DNA of 64,000 bases from Takakia lepidozioides (Eukaryota > Plantae > Bryophyta). Shown piece by piece: positions 12,027-25,390 of the stretch (position 1 is the stretch's first letter; the number at the start of each line of letters is the position of its first letter). The stretch lies in assembly GCA_030704615.1 (NCBI GenBank), contig CM060734.1, positions 7,006,001-7,070,000 on the forward strand. Reading direction: 5' to 3'. A program made the translations under genes and the position numbers. Under the pieces are notes generated by a model that saw nothing but the letters and a program-made list of their open reading frames with translations, was not told the origin of the DNA and made no database searches.

Positions 12027-15000
12027 GTGGTGGCTTATGGCGGACAGTTGGCGACCTTCGATGGAGTGTGCTTTAATTGCGGGGAGCCCGGGCACATGGC
12101 CAAGAAGTGTGCGAAACCCCGACAATTAAACATGACTCGGGCGACCACGAAGTTGTCCGAAGATTCCATCAGCCGCTTGGTGGAGGCAGTGGTCGCCAAG
12201 ACTTGCAAGGTAGGCAACTACTCTTGTGAATTGTATCAGGAGACTAAAGCCTTGCGTAAAAGGAGTCAGTTAATGTTTGTGAGCGGGATAATTTCCGGAA
12301 CTAATGTGTCGTTGTCGGTGGACACAGGAACGTCGCACTCCTTCATGATGCCGGCCACAACACGGAAGTTGGGGCTCCCGACAAGTGATGTGGGGGCCTC
12401 TATTGAAGTGCGTTCTGCCAAAGGAGAACCACAACTGGCGACGAGGTTGGCGTTCAATGTTCCTCTTCAGCTGGGGAGTTGGGAGGGACGTGAAAACTTC
12501 ACCATTTGTGAGATCGATGGAGTGGATCTCATTTTGGGGATGACATTTTTGAGCAAATCCGGAGCGGTCATAGATGGCCGCAAGAGAGTAGTCACGCTAC
12601 CATGTGGGAATGGTGGTGAAGTTTTACGGGTGTTGGAAACGCCTAACCGAGTGGGAGGGCGAATAAACCTGCTGACAGCAAGGAGTGGGCCGTGGAGGAG
12701 CCACACGAGCCCCAGTTTTTGCTTTACGTGAGACAGGTGGAAGGAGAAGTCGATAGGGAGCCGAGCCCAGATTGGATTAAGGGGATCCTGGAGAAATACC
12801 AGGATGTGATGTTGGAGGATTTACCAAACGGCTTGCAACCGCGAAGAGGAGTTGACCACAAGATAGAGGTGATACCGGGATCGGAGCCGCCTGCCAAGGC
12901 GCGGTTGAGCCACAGAGAGTTGGTCGAGCTGAAGGCCTAGCTCAAGGATCTAATGGCAAAGGGGTACATCCGGCCGAGTAAGTCACCTTACGGAGCCCTG
13001 ATACTATTCGTAGATAAGAAGGATGGGACGCTGCGGATGTGTGTCGATTACAGGGCTCTGAATGAGGTGACTATAAAAAACCGGTACCCTTTGCCAAGGA
13101 TCGATGACCTCTTTGATCGGTTGGCAGGAGCAAAGTATTTCAGCCGGATTGATTTACGTTTGGGTTACCACCAGATCCGGATAGCGAAATGAGATGAGGA
13201 AAAGACAGCTTGCAGGACAAGGTATGGCTCATACGAATTTTTGGTGATGCTTTTTGGGCTCACCAACGCGCCAGCAACCTTTAGCACCCTCATGAACTAC
13301 CTCTTTCAGGAGTGGTTGGATGACTTTGTGATCATGTACATCGACGACATCTTGGTGTACTCGAAAACGAAGGAAGAGCATTTGGAGCACCTCAAAAGGG
13401 TGTTCCAGAAATTGCGGGAAGGGAAGCTGTATGCCAAAGCTTCAAAGTGTGAATTCGGGGTCACAAAAGTGGAGTTCCTAGGGCATGTGATTACACAGGA
13501 TGGAATCAAAATGGATGAAAAAAAGGTGAGGGCGATCTTGGACTGGGAACCTCCAACTTCGGTCTTGGGAGTGCGATTCTTCCTACGACTCGCCTCCTAT
13601 TACCGAAAGTATGTGAGAAATTTCGCCAAGATCGCGGGGCCGCTGTCAGACCTTCTGTGTAAGTCCAAGGTATGGGTATGGAATACCTTTTGTGGCCAAG
13701 CTTTTGCCGAGTTGAAGCAGCGGATGGCGGAAGCTCCAGTCTTGAAAATCCCGGAGTTCGACCGTCTATTTGAGATTCATACAAATGCGTCGGACTTTGC
13801 AATCGGTGGTGTGCTGATGTAGGATGGACGTCCAGTGGCTTACGAAAGTAAGAAACTGAATGAAGTGGAGCGACAGTGGCCTACGCACGAGAAAGAAATG
13901 AAGGCGGTGGTGCATTGCCTTGAGCTTTGGCGCCACTATGTTGGTTCCAACCCGGTGAAGGCGTTCACGGACAATGTCACGGTGAAGTATTTTGCCACAC
14001 AGCCTAAGTTGTCCCCAAAACAACTTAGGTGGCAAGACACTTTGGCAATGTTCAACGTGGATATCCAATACAAACCGGGACGGGACAATGTGGTGGCCGA
14101 TGCTTTAAGTAGAAAGCAGCAGCTCATGTTGGTGTACAGGGGCGAGACAGCGCTCCAAAGGAAGATCCGGAAGGCTTACCGGAAGGATGAAATGGCGAAG
14201 TCCGTGATGCACGACTTGAGGTTGGGGGTTAAATCATAGTTCCACTTGCACAATGGACTGCTCCGGTACAAGCAAAAGCGTCTCTACGTACCAAAGGGAG
14301 GGATCAGAGATAGTCTCTTGAGAAAATGCCACGATGGCCCGCTTGTGGGCCACGGCGGAGCCAAGCGCACCGCGGCACTCTTGAAGAAAGAGTATTTCTG
14401 GCCCAAACTGAGGGAGGAGGCCGAGGAGTATGTCAAGACATGCACCACATGCCAACAAAACCGGAGCGAGTACAAAAAGCAAGCAGGGCTGCTACAACCC
14501 TTGCCGATTCCAGAGGGGTCTTGGGAAAGTGTCTCGATGGATTTCATGATTGCTTTGCCACTGTCAAAAGGATTTGCAATCATGGTGGTGGTGGATAGGC
14601 TCAGTAAAATGGGCCATTTCATCCCCACCAAGGAGACGGCAACGGCGCAGGAGACGGGGCGACTTTGCTTCGCCCACGTCTTCAAGCATCATGGACTCCC
14701 GAAGGATATTGTCTTGGACCTCGATCCAAAGTTTACAAGTAAATTTTTGGAGGGCACTTTGGAAGAAAATGGGGACGAGGCTCAAGATAAGCACAGCCTT
14801 CCGACCTACAACGGACGGCCAAACGGAAAGAGTGAACTCCGTGGTGAAGCAGATCTTGCGGAATTATGCGTCGGTAGACCAGTCGGACTGGGTGGAGCAC
14901 TTGGATGCGGCAGAGTTCTGTTATAATAACACAAAACACTCCGCAACGAGAGTTTATGGTGCCGACAAGTTGGGCTGCCCAGGATGGTGAGGAGCCGGCA

Positions 15001-15159
15001 GCAGCAGCGGTGCTGGAAGAACGCGAGCGTTTGTTGGAGCTCGCAAAGTACAACATTGCCAAAGCTAGGAAACGGTATGAACGGCAGGCAAATCGGAAGC
15101 GGAGGGAAGTTAAGTTTGAGGCAGGCACGGAGGTCTGGTTGAACATAAAGAATTTTTGA
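12027..15159 (+). pseudogene. Gypsy gag C-terminus and pol (PR-RT-RH-IN), disrupted
   Basis: ORFs 12027, 12692, 12953, 13241, 13835, 14246, 14550 and 14905 carry consecutive pol motifs. Confidence 0.92.
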
Positions 15160-16252
15160 CTCCCATCCAAGGGGCAAGGAAACTTGCGCCTTCTTTGGGA
15201 GTTCACGTGCTAGTGCGCACCTGACACGTGCGCGTACTATAACTGCGCTACCGAGGGGTTGCCTTGTAGTGCGTGCTAACGCGGAAGCTACGTGCTTCTG
15301 TTCACGTACTATAATTGTGTAGCCTCGGGACAAAGTCGTAGTGCGGCTTCGGAGTATTTCCGTACCTCAGGCCAGCATTCCAAGGCGGACCCAATTGTAG
15401 TGATTGGGGCGCATGGTTGGTTCAAGGTTATCTTCCTAGTAAAAAAAGGTTCAAGATGAACCCTTGAGCCGTGATGCCAAAAAGCGGCATCATGAGCGGT
15501 CGCAAGCAATGTTGTTGCAGTAAGGCGGTTTGATCCTTGGGGAGGATCATTCCTTGGCCTGGGAGTGGGCCAAGAAGAGTGCACTGGGTGGAGCTTGAGA
15601 GGCTTCACCCTTGGCCGAGACTTGGAGGAAGTCGGCCGAACTAGCTAGTGGAGAGTAGAGTCAAGTGGGGGTTTGGTTCTCTGCCACGGGACGCCATGGT
15701 ATGGAAACAAACTCCTTGATGTGGGACGCCACAACTTGGATGTTAGTTTCTACAAAACGGACAAATCGATAAGGACATCGACTCCCTGTTGGTAGGGGTG
15801 TGTGTCGCGGCCCTTTGCCTTGAGGGCAGGGGGTCGGGACACAAGAAGGGCTGCCCCTGTGGTGGGGGCGGTGGCAACAATGGGTATGGGGGCTGAAGCA
15901 CCCTTGAGTGCCCAAGGGACTCAAGGAGGCGGAGGCGCTCACTAGGTGGAGCCCCGCATACCGGGTTGCGGTGGGGGTGGTTCCACGAGGGGTGGTGGTA
16001 GCTTAGTGGGTCTTAGTGGGGGTGGCATAGGACTCACCATGGGGCTGAGACCTTGTGGTGGGAGTCATGGGGAGTCCTGGGACTCATCACGGTTAATTGG
16101 GGCTGTGGTGGGTGGGCCAAGACTCACCGCGACTCATCACCGGGAATCAAGGGTCTTCGTGGTGGTTCGTCATGAAAGGACTGTATTGTTTGTGAAACCC
16201 CTGTGGACAGTCACAGAAGTATATATAGGGAGTAGTAATCCCTCGGCTGAAA

Positions 16253-16705
16253 TTAATACCATTGCTCAACTAGCTTCTTTCTCCAATAATCTTCTTTATA
16301 AATGATCAATAATTCCCTATACCATCCTTTACTCACCAACTGTAATTGTGGTATCTTTTTATCACTGCAACAAAGCTTCTTAAAGATATCTATCGACAGA
16401 TTGTCTAACAAATTAGTAATCAACTCTGACGATTCTTTTACTTCCTCATCATTTGACTTTTCCATTCAGATGCCCTTTTCCTCACTATTAATCTCTCCCG
16501 TTTAATTTAATCGAGGACTTCCCACCCCAAAGTCTTTTATTCGCGCCTTCATATATCCTAGATATCCATCTAAAGGACAACACCACATTTGGATCCACTT
16601 ACGTCTCAGATAACAATGTTTATATAGAACCAATAACTCCTTGTACCAAGCTTTACTTATACTCTCTAATTGCACTAATTCTGCATCATTACATAATAGA
16701 CTCTT
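16253..16705 (-). pseudogene. 3' part of an AT-rich ORF with two tandem F-box-like repeats; 5' part at 40484-40577
   Basis: Joining the flanks across one copy of TCTT gives in-frame ELILGLPRDVSILIFK-SLLCNDAELVQLESISKAWYKELL. This matches the second repeat ELITNLLDNLSIDIFKKLCC..LQLVSKGWYRELL. The F-box label is by resemblance only. Confidence 0.55.
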
Positions 16706-17169
16706 TGTCAAGTTAAATAAGCACAGTGTGAAAACAGCTAGAATAAAACTAGTTATTTGTATTTAACACTTGGATTTAGGTCAAGTGTTAAATCAGATGT
16801 CAAGTTTAGTTTGACACCTGGTCCGTCTTATCTTCACGAGAGCGGCAGTCGCGCGGCTCATCTTTCTCGAGTTGAGCCTGCGCGACCAAGCTCCTGCATG
16901 CGGTTAGATTTGAGTGTGCTTATGTAGGGGTACAGGTTGTTGTGGGGTGGAGTCCCCATAGCTTGGGGTGCCCCTGGCTCGACTACTATTTCTAAGAGTG
17001 ATGGTTTGGTTTTCATGTTTTGTGTAAACAATGTGTTCATTGGTTTTCTATCACTCGAGAAAGATGACTCTTACCTGTGAGTGCAAGGTAGGAGTTGAGG
17101 GTTAGCACTTGCAAGATTACCTGTGTATAAGTAGTGCTTAGTTTGAGAAGCATATCATTGAATGTGATC

Positions 17170-17539
17170 ACAAGATTCAGCGTGCCCTGAAACGCCTGGA
17201 GGATGACGATGCCGGAGCCGCCACTGTTATTGCAGTCGCTAAAGCTACCAAGTCACCAGAGGCTTTGGAGTACACGAGGAGAGACTTAAAAATGCAGCAG
17301 CAAATGCTAGTTGGCACCTATGCGTGATCCTTGAAGCTGGATGATTGTTTCCCCAGTAAGCTTATAGAGAAGCTCTATCGTGCAACATGGAGCAGCGCTG
17401 GCAAGCTGTGAACGCTGATACCTGCACTCTTGCAGTCTTGGAGTCCAAACTAGGACACGGGGAATATGACCGGTCAACAACCAAGGTGCTGCATTTGATC
17501 AACAATCCTGAAGCGGAGGGAGCCCAGGCCACGGACTAG
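17170..17539 (+). pseudogene. MAD1: MAD1-like (spindle checkpoint) gene fragment
   Basis: LAVLESKLGHGEYDRSTTKVLHLINNPE (17429-17512) resembles the conserved MAD1 segment containing the Mad2-interacting motif. Flanks contain stops and frameshifts. Confidence 0.6.
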
Positions 17540-18229
17540 CTCGTCTCGTCTTACCCTGGGAGTGCAAAGGATGAATAGGTGAATATTCTTTGGCAGATCA
17601 GAGCAGGGCGGAGCTCGTTGCGTTGACTGGCTAGCCGTTATATAGTCGACAGTCGCTTAAGCTGCAGGGTTACGTTGCCGGGTGATCGATATTGTTTCCA
17701 GGTCTTCATTTGGTGGGCATGCCGGGAGCGTGGAGGGGATGACATTGAGACGGCAACAGAGGCTCAGCTGTGGAGGCAGTTCACATTAGCAACGTGGCTT
17801 TACCGAATACAACAGCTTTCTGGACAAGATGCTTGCGAGGTTGTAGGGGTCAGCTGCAAATGCTAAATGCCACTCTGTTCACTTGCAGGTAGCTTCTGCG
17901 ACAATCTAGTACAAACAACATGCACAATTGTAGCAGAAGGATGGTCAGACGAGTTCTCCAGGAAAGCTCTGAAATGCACAGGACCATTTTTGCTCCGTCT
18001 AATGGGTATGCTGTGTCTGTTGCAGCAAAGCTGTGACAAGCAAATTGTAGGCAGATCACCTTCACCTGCATGTGGTTTCATGTGCTCTTTGGAGACTTGT
18101 GTCTCTGTTCCTTATGAAAGGGCTGTTGCTATGGATTGCGACTGGTGATGCTCAGTTGAGTAAAGGAACGAAGTTCACTCCTCCGATGTTTTTGTGTGCA
18201 ACCTAGTCTGTAATTGGTGCCAACCTGGC

Positions 18230-18728
18230 TTAGGGGGCAGCTGGCTTGTAGCTGAGGTGAAGAGCCGGTTGAATGCGGCCATTGGGGGCTCTACCCACAT
18301 TCTCCATACACTCAAAGGTCCCAGCAGTAACGGGCTCCACAATCAATGCGTCCTTGAGCTTTCCATCATCATCTTTTTGAAAGCAGTGAGCCAAGCCTAA
18401 CACAATATAGTCATCGTCATTCCAGTCCGGGTCTTCTCCCACGGCAAAAGCCTTGGCAATCGCACAGGAAGGTTTTAGACTCTGCCTGGCAGGTTTAGAA
18501 AAATAGACAGAGGTTCCCGTCAGTGACGGCTCTACAAAAGGAGAGCGAGAAAGACGACTTCCTGTGGATGATGAAGCTGGCTCTCCCAAGTAAGCCCTCC
18601 GTCAAGTGAACTGCATCTACTGGAGCTCGGCTTGACGAAGCCTTTGCTGACGATGCCTCTCTGTTGGAGATGGCGTCTACCGCCAAACCAGTTTTCAAAG
18701 CCTTCCAGTAACCTGCTACAAACGCCAT
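18230..18728 (-). pseudogene. Fragment of a probable plastid-targeted conserved hypothetical protein (cyanobacterial-type), frameshifted
   Basis: A Ser/Ala-rich transit-peptide-like N-terminus is split over two frames. It is followed by DDYIVLGLAHCFQKDDDGKLKDALIVEPV, which I recall resembling a cyanobacterial/green-lineage hypothetical family (unverified). Confidence 0.45.
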
Positions 18729-19259
18729 CGAAACAGCTACAGCCAGGAAGCGAAGCGAAGAAGACAAAATACGTTGATGAGTGTAGAAGGATAGCTTAGA
18801 AACTGATGGAAAAAGGCCGAGGTGGGTTGTCACAGGTATTCGCCATACAGGTGAGTGGGCTCCGTGAAGACCTCAAAAAAAAAAAAAAAAAACAAAACAT
18901 GCCGGCACTTGTGCACTGCAGAAAAGCAATGGAGAAGGGAGCAGTTTTTAATGGCGAGAAAGTTTTGGTGTTAAAAATAATATTTTTTTTTTAAAAAAAA
19001 AACCATTTTGATCTAATTTAAATGATTTAGAGCCTGGTTGGTCATATCTTTGTCAAATGAGCTCCGTTTGACTCAGTTCTTGAGGGGATAACTGCAGAAA
19101 GGGGAAATCTACCTATTTAGACCTGGTTTTTGTTTTTGGGACTCTGCTAAAAATCTATGGAATTTTTAGAGTGTGAGTGTGCCATGAAAGATCCACAATC
19201 CTGTCTCTAGAACCTGTGCTGGTCTATATGAGAGACAAATTTGTGGATGTACTCCTTGC

Positions 19260-22200
19260 ATGGCTGGGGGAAATGAGGACGTAATTGAAGGGCAGGTCTC
19301 TTCTCTTAGCCTGTGCACACAAGGGGACAGGATTTATGTTTCCCAAGGAACTCAGACTGATTTGAGTGGAGAACAGTTGGACGAGTTGATTGCATACTGG
19401 GAGTCAGGCATTAGCAGTAGACAACAGACTGCTGTAGTTGGCATTGAGGGCCTCAATATCGCCTTGGACAGTCAGAACTCTGTTGGAGCCAGCAGTTCTG
19501 CAGCTGTAGGTGAAATACCAAAGTGGGTGAAAGCTAGGCTTGGAACACAGCCAAAGACAGCCCCGGGAACCAAGGTGCTCAGCCACAAGGCCGTGGTGTA
19601 CTGGAGCAGAGAAGCAGGAGCTACACAAGTTTGTGCAATCAGACATGGTTGCAGCCGGATACGCTCTGCACAGGGCAACCACGAGCGGGGGTTCATCAGC
19701 AATGACATGTTTGTTGTGCGTGAAGGAGATGCAGTCATTCGCAATGAGGACACCCGCAACCGTCTCAAAGCTTTCGAGTTGAGAGACTATCATACCCTAC
19801 CTTTGTTTTCTTTAGTGTTCAGTGAGCGGGAGATAGGGGAGTATTGCTTTGTCTCTACCTGGCAGAAAAAGGAGGAGGGTTGGTTAGAGCGAGCTACTGT
19901 AGCTTGGGACAAGGTTAGTGGCAGGTTTCTGGACATAGATCAGGTGGAGTTTGCTGCAGCCGTGACTCGAGGAGCATCACGAGTTCCTGAGCCACGAGGT
20001 GCAGAGGTGGAATTGGATCCACAGCGTGGGGAGGCAAGCCGTCAAGCGAGGCTTCCTCAGTCATTCACATTAGCGGAGACTGTGTCGACGCCATCCATGG
20101 CACCTAGTTCTCGCCCGACTGCTACCGAGGCGGAGGTTACTCTGCCATTGGGGAGAGCTACACGTGCAGCACTGACACCTGCTACCAAAGCTAGTGCGGC
20201 CGGTGTGTTATTGGGGGCAGCCACCTCTGTGTGTCAGGCCCCACTGTTCTCGGCAACAATGATTGCGACGCCGGGGGTGAGACCAGCTGCAGTGTTACGA
20301 CTAGCAGCAACACTCTGTGAGAGTGGGGAGGTCACTTTATCTTCTGCGGAGTTAGTGGAAGGTGTAGTGGCAGAGGGATCCTCGGATTTGAGGGTCAAGA
20401 CTGCCACGGCTGCGCCCTGGCAAGCTGCAGCTGTCAGGTTGATGGAGCTGCCAGCTAGGCCAGCCTTTGAGCGCGTCATGGTGACACCTGGAGTTGTCTT
20501 GTTAGACAACCAGGGAGGCATTTTCACTTTGAGTGGACCGGCAGGCAAGAAGTACCGGCCACTGCGGGTCTTGTTGGACTCAGGAGCTCAGCCACTGATG
20601 TTGGGCAGAGCTGCTATTGCAGGTTTGGGCCTCATGGAGGCGGATATGGAGCCTTGTCATTTCCAGATACAGACATCTCTGGGAGGATCAGAGCAGGCTC
20701 GGGGCATGACACGGCATCAGTTGGCCATTAGACTGCAGCCGGATCATCCTATCGATGGTTCAGTAATGCGAGCCAAGGCCATTGTGACAGACGCAGTCTC
20801 TTACGATGTCCTCGTTGGTGGGGCAGTGTTATACCCCATGGGCTTCACCCTGGACTTTTGGGAGGAGTCAGCATCCTACAGGCCTGGATGGCAGTCAGGC
20901 GATGGTCGCCGTGCACAGCTCCCTGTGACATTCATTGGGGGTATAGCGGCTGCCCAGCGGGGCAAGATGCCAACACTAGCCGCCTTTACAGCTGCAGTTA
21001 GTTGGCCTAGAGAGTTGTTGGAAGGCAATGCCCATGCAGAGGATGTGCCACCTCCAGCAGAGCAGGATGACATGCATGGTATGGCGGAGTTGCCTGCCAT
21101 GGTTGCTCACACTCCATTGTGGGGTACGAGCCAGGATTTGCAGCAAGTTGCTGATCGACGGGTGCAACAAGCCTGGGTAGAGGCTTTTGTTCCGTCAGGA
21201 GAGCAGGAGAGTGCGGGTATTGCACCAAGACCACCTCAGTTGTCACCATTGGATACCACAACTATTGTGTGGCAGTATCCGGATGAAGGCATTTGCCTTC
21301 TGGACTTGTTTGGCGGGATCAGCACCGGATTGGCTGCTGTGCTACAGGCAGGTGTACGAGTTCGACGTTACCTGTATGTGGAGAGGGATGAGACTGCACG
21401 ACGCGTCTCACTGCGCCATGTTGCTCAGTTGGTACAGCAATACCCTGACTTGTTGCCCGTGTCTGCAGTTCGTGGATACCAACAAGCCTTGCCAGCAGAC
21501 ATTTCTTTGTTCGGGCCGCAGGATTTGGAGCAGGTTGGCTCCATTGATCTGGTAGTGGCAGGTTGGCCCTGCCAAGGGCATTCATCAGCCGGGCATGGCA
21601 ATGGATTGCGAGACTCGAGGACGGGTCTGTTTTGGGAGATGGTGCGGATTTTGCGCTGCTTGCAGCTTCATCAAGCTGCATCTCCAGCATACATCTTGGA
21701 GAATGTACCACTGATGGGTGATTCTCGGGCCAGGGTGATGGCCAGTGTGCATCAAGTCCGGTCGTGGCTTGGGTCAGCAGTGTTGCTGGATGCAGCTGCA
21801 GTGGGGTCACGGGCTCATCGTCCACGGCTTTGGTGGACTAACTTGATGCCACCCGCACTACTCAAGCGTGCATTTGATGGGGTGCAGCGGCCAGCACACC
21901 TTACCGTGGATGGCATTTTGGACACAGGGAGGCAGTCTCAACGTGTGAGACACGATGACCGTTCGCCTTTGGCAGTGGTCAACAGGGTGGGTCAACCACG
22001 AGCAGCATTACCTACACTGTTCAGCTTCCCAGGATCCCATGCTTTTCGGGATGGTGGACCTGGCCTCCTGTGGGATGCTCAGTTGCAGCAGTTAGTGGAG
22101 CCTAATGCCGACGAGCGAGAGCGGGCTATGGGGTTTCCACTGGGACCACGGTGGTGCCTTCTCTTTCTGAGGCATCACGGCGTCAGGTGTTGGGGCAAGT

Positions 22201-22504
22201 AATGGATCTCAATTGCTTGACTTGGATTATCAGCTTGGCTATGGCTGAGCAACGTAGAGTGCGGAGTGCACTCCCCTTCATGGTCTCTCTACCTACCGAG
22301 ACGGTACAGGCAGCGAGTGGGGGCGAGCCGGTGAAGACCATGGGGTGTAGACATCCATGGCACACGTGGGAGGTGCTCGAGGTCCAAAGGGAGTTGGCAG
22401 CCAAGGCAGCTGTGATGGATGAGGTTGGGGATTTTTCTCGGGTTGAGGAGGTTCTCAATGATGAGATGATGGGGCAGGATGAGGCCTTGTCATTGACTGA
22501 GTAG
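19260..22504 (+). CDS. Polyprotein part 1: unknown N-terminal domain, aspartic protease, C5 cytosine DNA methyltransferase (frameshift near 22140)
   Basis: Protease VLLDSGAQ. DNMT motifs: I LDLFGG, II YVERD, IV GWPCQG, VI ENV, VIII HRPRLWW, IX ERERAMGF, X GQVMD (next frame). Confidence 0.9.
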
Positions 22505-22696
22505 GAAGGGGGTACTGCTCAAGAGGTTGCAGCATAGCAACCACGGGACGCGTCCTCTACCTCTAAGCCCACTGGACTTAAGGTTGCAGTTACGGAGGAC
22601 AATTGGGAGCCTGACATTGGACCCATTGTCACCGGAGGAGAGAGACGACATGTACGGCGGTTCCTGAGGGCTTACAGGAATTGCTTTGCCTTCAGT

Positions 22697-25390
22697 TTGA
22701 AGGACTTGGGAGCACTGAAGGGTCAAGAGATCCGTATTGAGTTGGCCACTGACACGCCAATCTTTCGGAGACCCTATAGATACAGTGACATGGAGAGGTC
22801 TTTGATTCAGATGAGGACTCAAGATCTCTGGGAGGCAGGTTTGGTGGAGCTCTCTGGTGGAGAGTATGCTTCAGCCACAGTGATGCCAGCTAAGAAGTAT
22901 GTCTATGGCAATTGGACGGAGAGACGTATGTGCGGTGATTACCGGCCTGTAATCATCAGACCAAGTCCGATAGGTATGCCATGCCAACACCAGAGGAGAT
23001 CTTTGATGCCATTGGGCATTCCAAGGTCTTTAGCACGTTGGATTTACGATCCGGATATCACCAGTTGCCGATCAAGGAGGCGGATAAGCAAAAGACGGCA
23101 TTCTGGGGGATCAATGAGCACGGGAAGGATTGCCTATACCAATGGCGGTTCTTACCATTTGGGCTTAAAAACGCTCCCGCTGAGTTTCAAAGAGTCATGG
23201 ACAGCATTCTAGCAGGGGTGGAGTTTGCTCGGTGCTACATAGATGACATCATCATCTTTAGTGCTACGGTGGAGGAGCATGAGAGACACCTTCAGGGGGT
23301 ATTTGAGCGCTTAAGGACGCACGGATTGAAGTTACATCCGGGCAAGTGCAAGTTTTTCCACAACCAGATTGAGTATCTGGGTCACATGATATATCCTGGA
23401 GGATTGGGGGTACAGCAGACTAAGGTAGAGTCCATTGCATAGGTTCCACGCCCCACGGATGTGAGCCGAGTTCGAGCTTTCATGGGGTTAGCAAACTATT
23501 ACAGACGGTTTGTTAAAGGATTTAGTGCCATTGCAAAGGCTCTAACCAAGCTGACCAAGGTGGACCAGGAGTGGCAGTGGGAAGATGAGCAAGAACAAGC
23601 TTTTCAAGAGCTCAAGGCAGGTTGACCTCGGCGCCCATCTTGAGACGACCTATCAGGGGGCGTTCTTTTCAGCTGCATACAGATTGGAGCATGATGGGGC
23701 TTGGAGCGGTGCTCACACAGGTGGATGATGAGGGAAGAGAGTTCGTAGTGGCTTATGCTAGCCGCTCGAACAACGCTGCAGAGTCTAAGTATAGCTCATA
23801 TGAGGGAGAATGCTTAGCTGCAGTGTGGGCCATGGCACACTTCAGGTGCTATCTATACGGCAATCTCTTCACCCTTGTCACGGATCACCAACCACTCAAA
23901 TGGTTGATGGAGTCAGACAAGCTTACGGGGAAGCTTGCACGGTGGGCACTCATCCTTCAAGAGTATGACTTTCAGGTGGTGCATCGACCGGGTTTGGTCA
24001 ATCGCAATGCAGATGGGTTGAGTCGCAATCCATGCACGAGCCAACAGGATGACACTGGAGCTCGTTGGCATGGTGAGACGGACGAGGAGATGGTGCCCGG
24101 ATGGCATGCATCTGCATTTCTGTGTATCTTGGCAGCGGAAGGCCAGGTTGGACCTACAACAGGGATGACTGTAGATCAAGTGTCTGAGGACCCTGAGGCC
24201 AGCAATGAGCAAGGTGGCGCCAAAGATATACATGAGGATTCAGTTGTGTTGGACTACCTCCGCACTGGAGACACGGCAGCCACTGTGACTGCCAAGGAGA
24301 GGGATCGGATCCTACAACGAGCCAAGAGGTTCAAGTGGGAGGGGACACACCTGCTCCAACTGTGGGAGGATGGTCGAGTGAGGATTGTACCTCACCCAAC
24401 ACAGCGGGCACGGTTAGTGCGCCATGCCCATGAGGAGTTGGGGCATTTTGGGGTGCGACGCACTCATAGTCTACTGCAGGGGCAGTATTGGTGGCGTGGT
24501 ATGCACACAGAGGTGTAACAATTTGTGGCTAGGTGCATGGTGTGTGACAGGGTGCGTGCTTCATTCAACGCCCCTACTCCACAATTGCACCCTCTTCCGA
24601 TCATGGGATTGGGCTACAGGTGGAGTCTTGACTTCGCAGGGCCGTTGCCACTGACCATGCGCCACAACAAGTACGTGTTGGTGATGGTGGAGCACTTCTC
24701 CAAGTGGATTGAATTGGTTCCTGGTTAGTCATGGGCTACAGGTTCAGCAAGCAAGCATCACTTGCCTCCTTCTCACCATACTTTCTTCTCTTTGGCCGAG
24801 AGCCGGATTTGCCTACATCCATTCGCAGAGAAGCTGCTACAGTTCTTAACCTTGACGATCCGGACGTGTGGGCACGTGCATGTGAGCAGCATGCAGAGTT
24901 GTTCAAGAGAGTCATGCCCATGGCTTTCGAGAACCTTGCCATTGCACAACACCGTGATACGTTGAGGTATGCTACCATACGTGGTGGGGGCTATCGTCCT
25001 GGGGTTCGGAGATTCAACCCTGGTGACTATGTCTATCTGCAGCAGACTGCTCCTACGACCCTGGATGTGACTGCAGGACGTGTTATTTTGAGGGTTCGAG
25101 AGGTCTTGCCCTCAGGCGTCTTGGTCTTGGAGGGTCGGGATGGCATAACTTGGAAGGACCATGTGCGTAATTGTGCACCATGTCACCTTCCGAATGTCGA
25201 TGGCAGGATTGACCCAAACCTGGCAGTGGTATCTGCAGGTTTGAGGTGCATGTTGTGTGGGTCTGCTAAAGGGGCAGCCACCATGCTGGTGTGCGATCGA
25301 TGCTCTAGAGGTTGGCATATGGGATGCTTGACTCCACCTCTTGAGATGGTTCCAGATGGGGATTGGTTATGTCCACATTGCATTGGATAG
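22697..25390 (+). pseudogene. Polyprotein part 2: RT, RNase H, integrase (core deleted), C-terminal PHD finger
   Basis: [33 protein letters not shown] and HHCC zinc finger. The integrase jumps from SKWIELVP to GYRFS at ~24725. PHD C4HC3: CMLC..CDRC..WHMGC..WLCPHC. Confidence 0.92.

Larger units (their letters stand above)
10844..16240 (+). mobile_element. Decayed Ty3/Gypsy LTR retrotransposon with inverted gag segment
   Basis: Direct repeats 10844-11279 and 15803-16238 start with TGTCGCGG, and a purine-rich tract precedes 15803. Zn knuckle CFNCGEPGHMAKKC, protease VDTG, RT YIDD, RNase H and integrase on +, with stops and frameshifts. Confidence 0.92.

Noticed and set aside
16706-17053. Solo LTR
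   Set aside because: The TSD partner is at 40484 and the flanking ORF rejoins only across 16706-40483.
19260-22202. Host DNMT3/DRM/CMT gene
   Set aside because: It is intronless, fused to a retroviral-type protease and followed by RT-RH-IN inside a TSD-bounded element.
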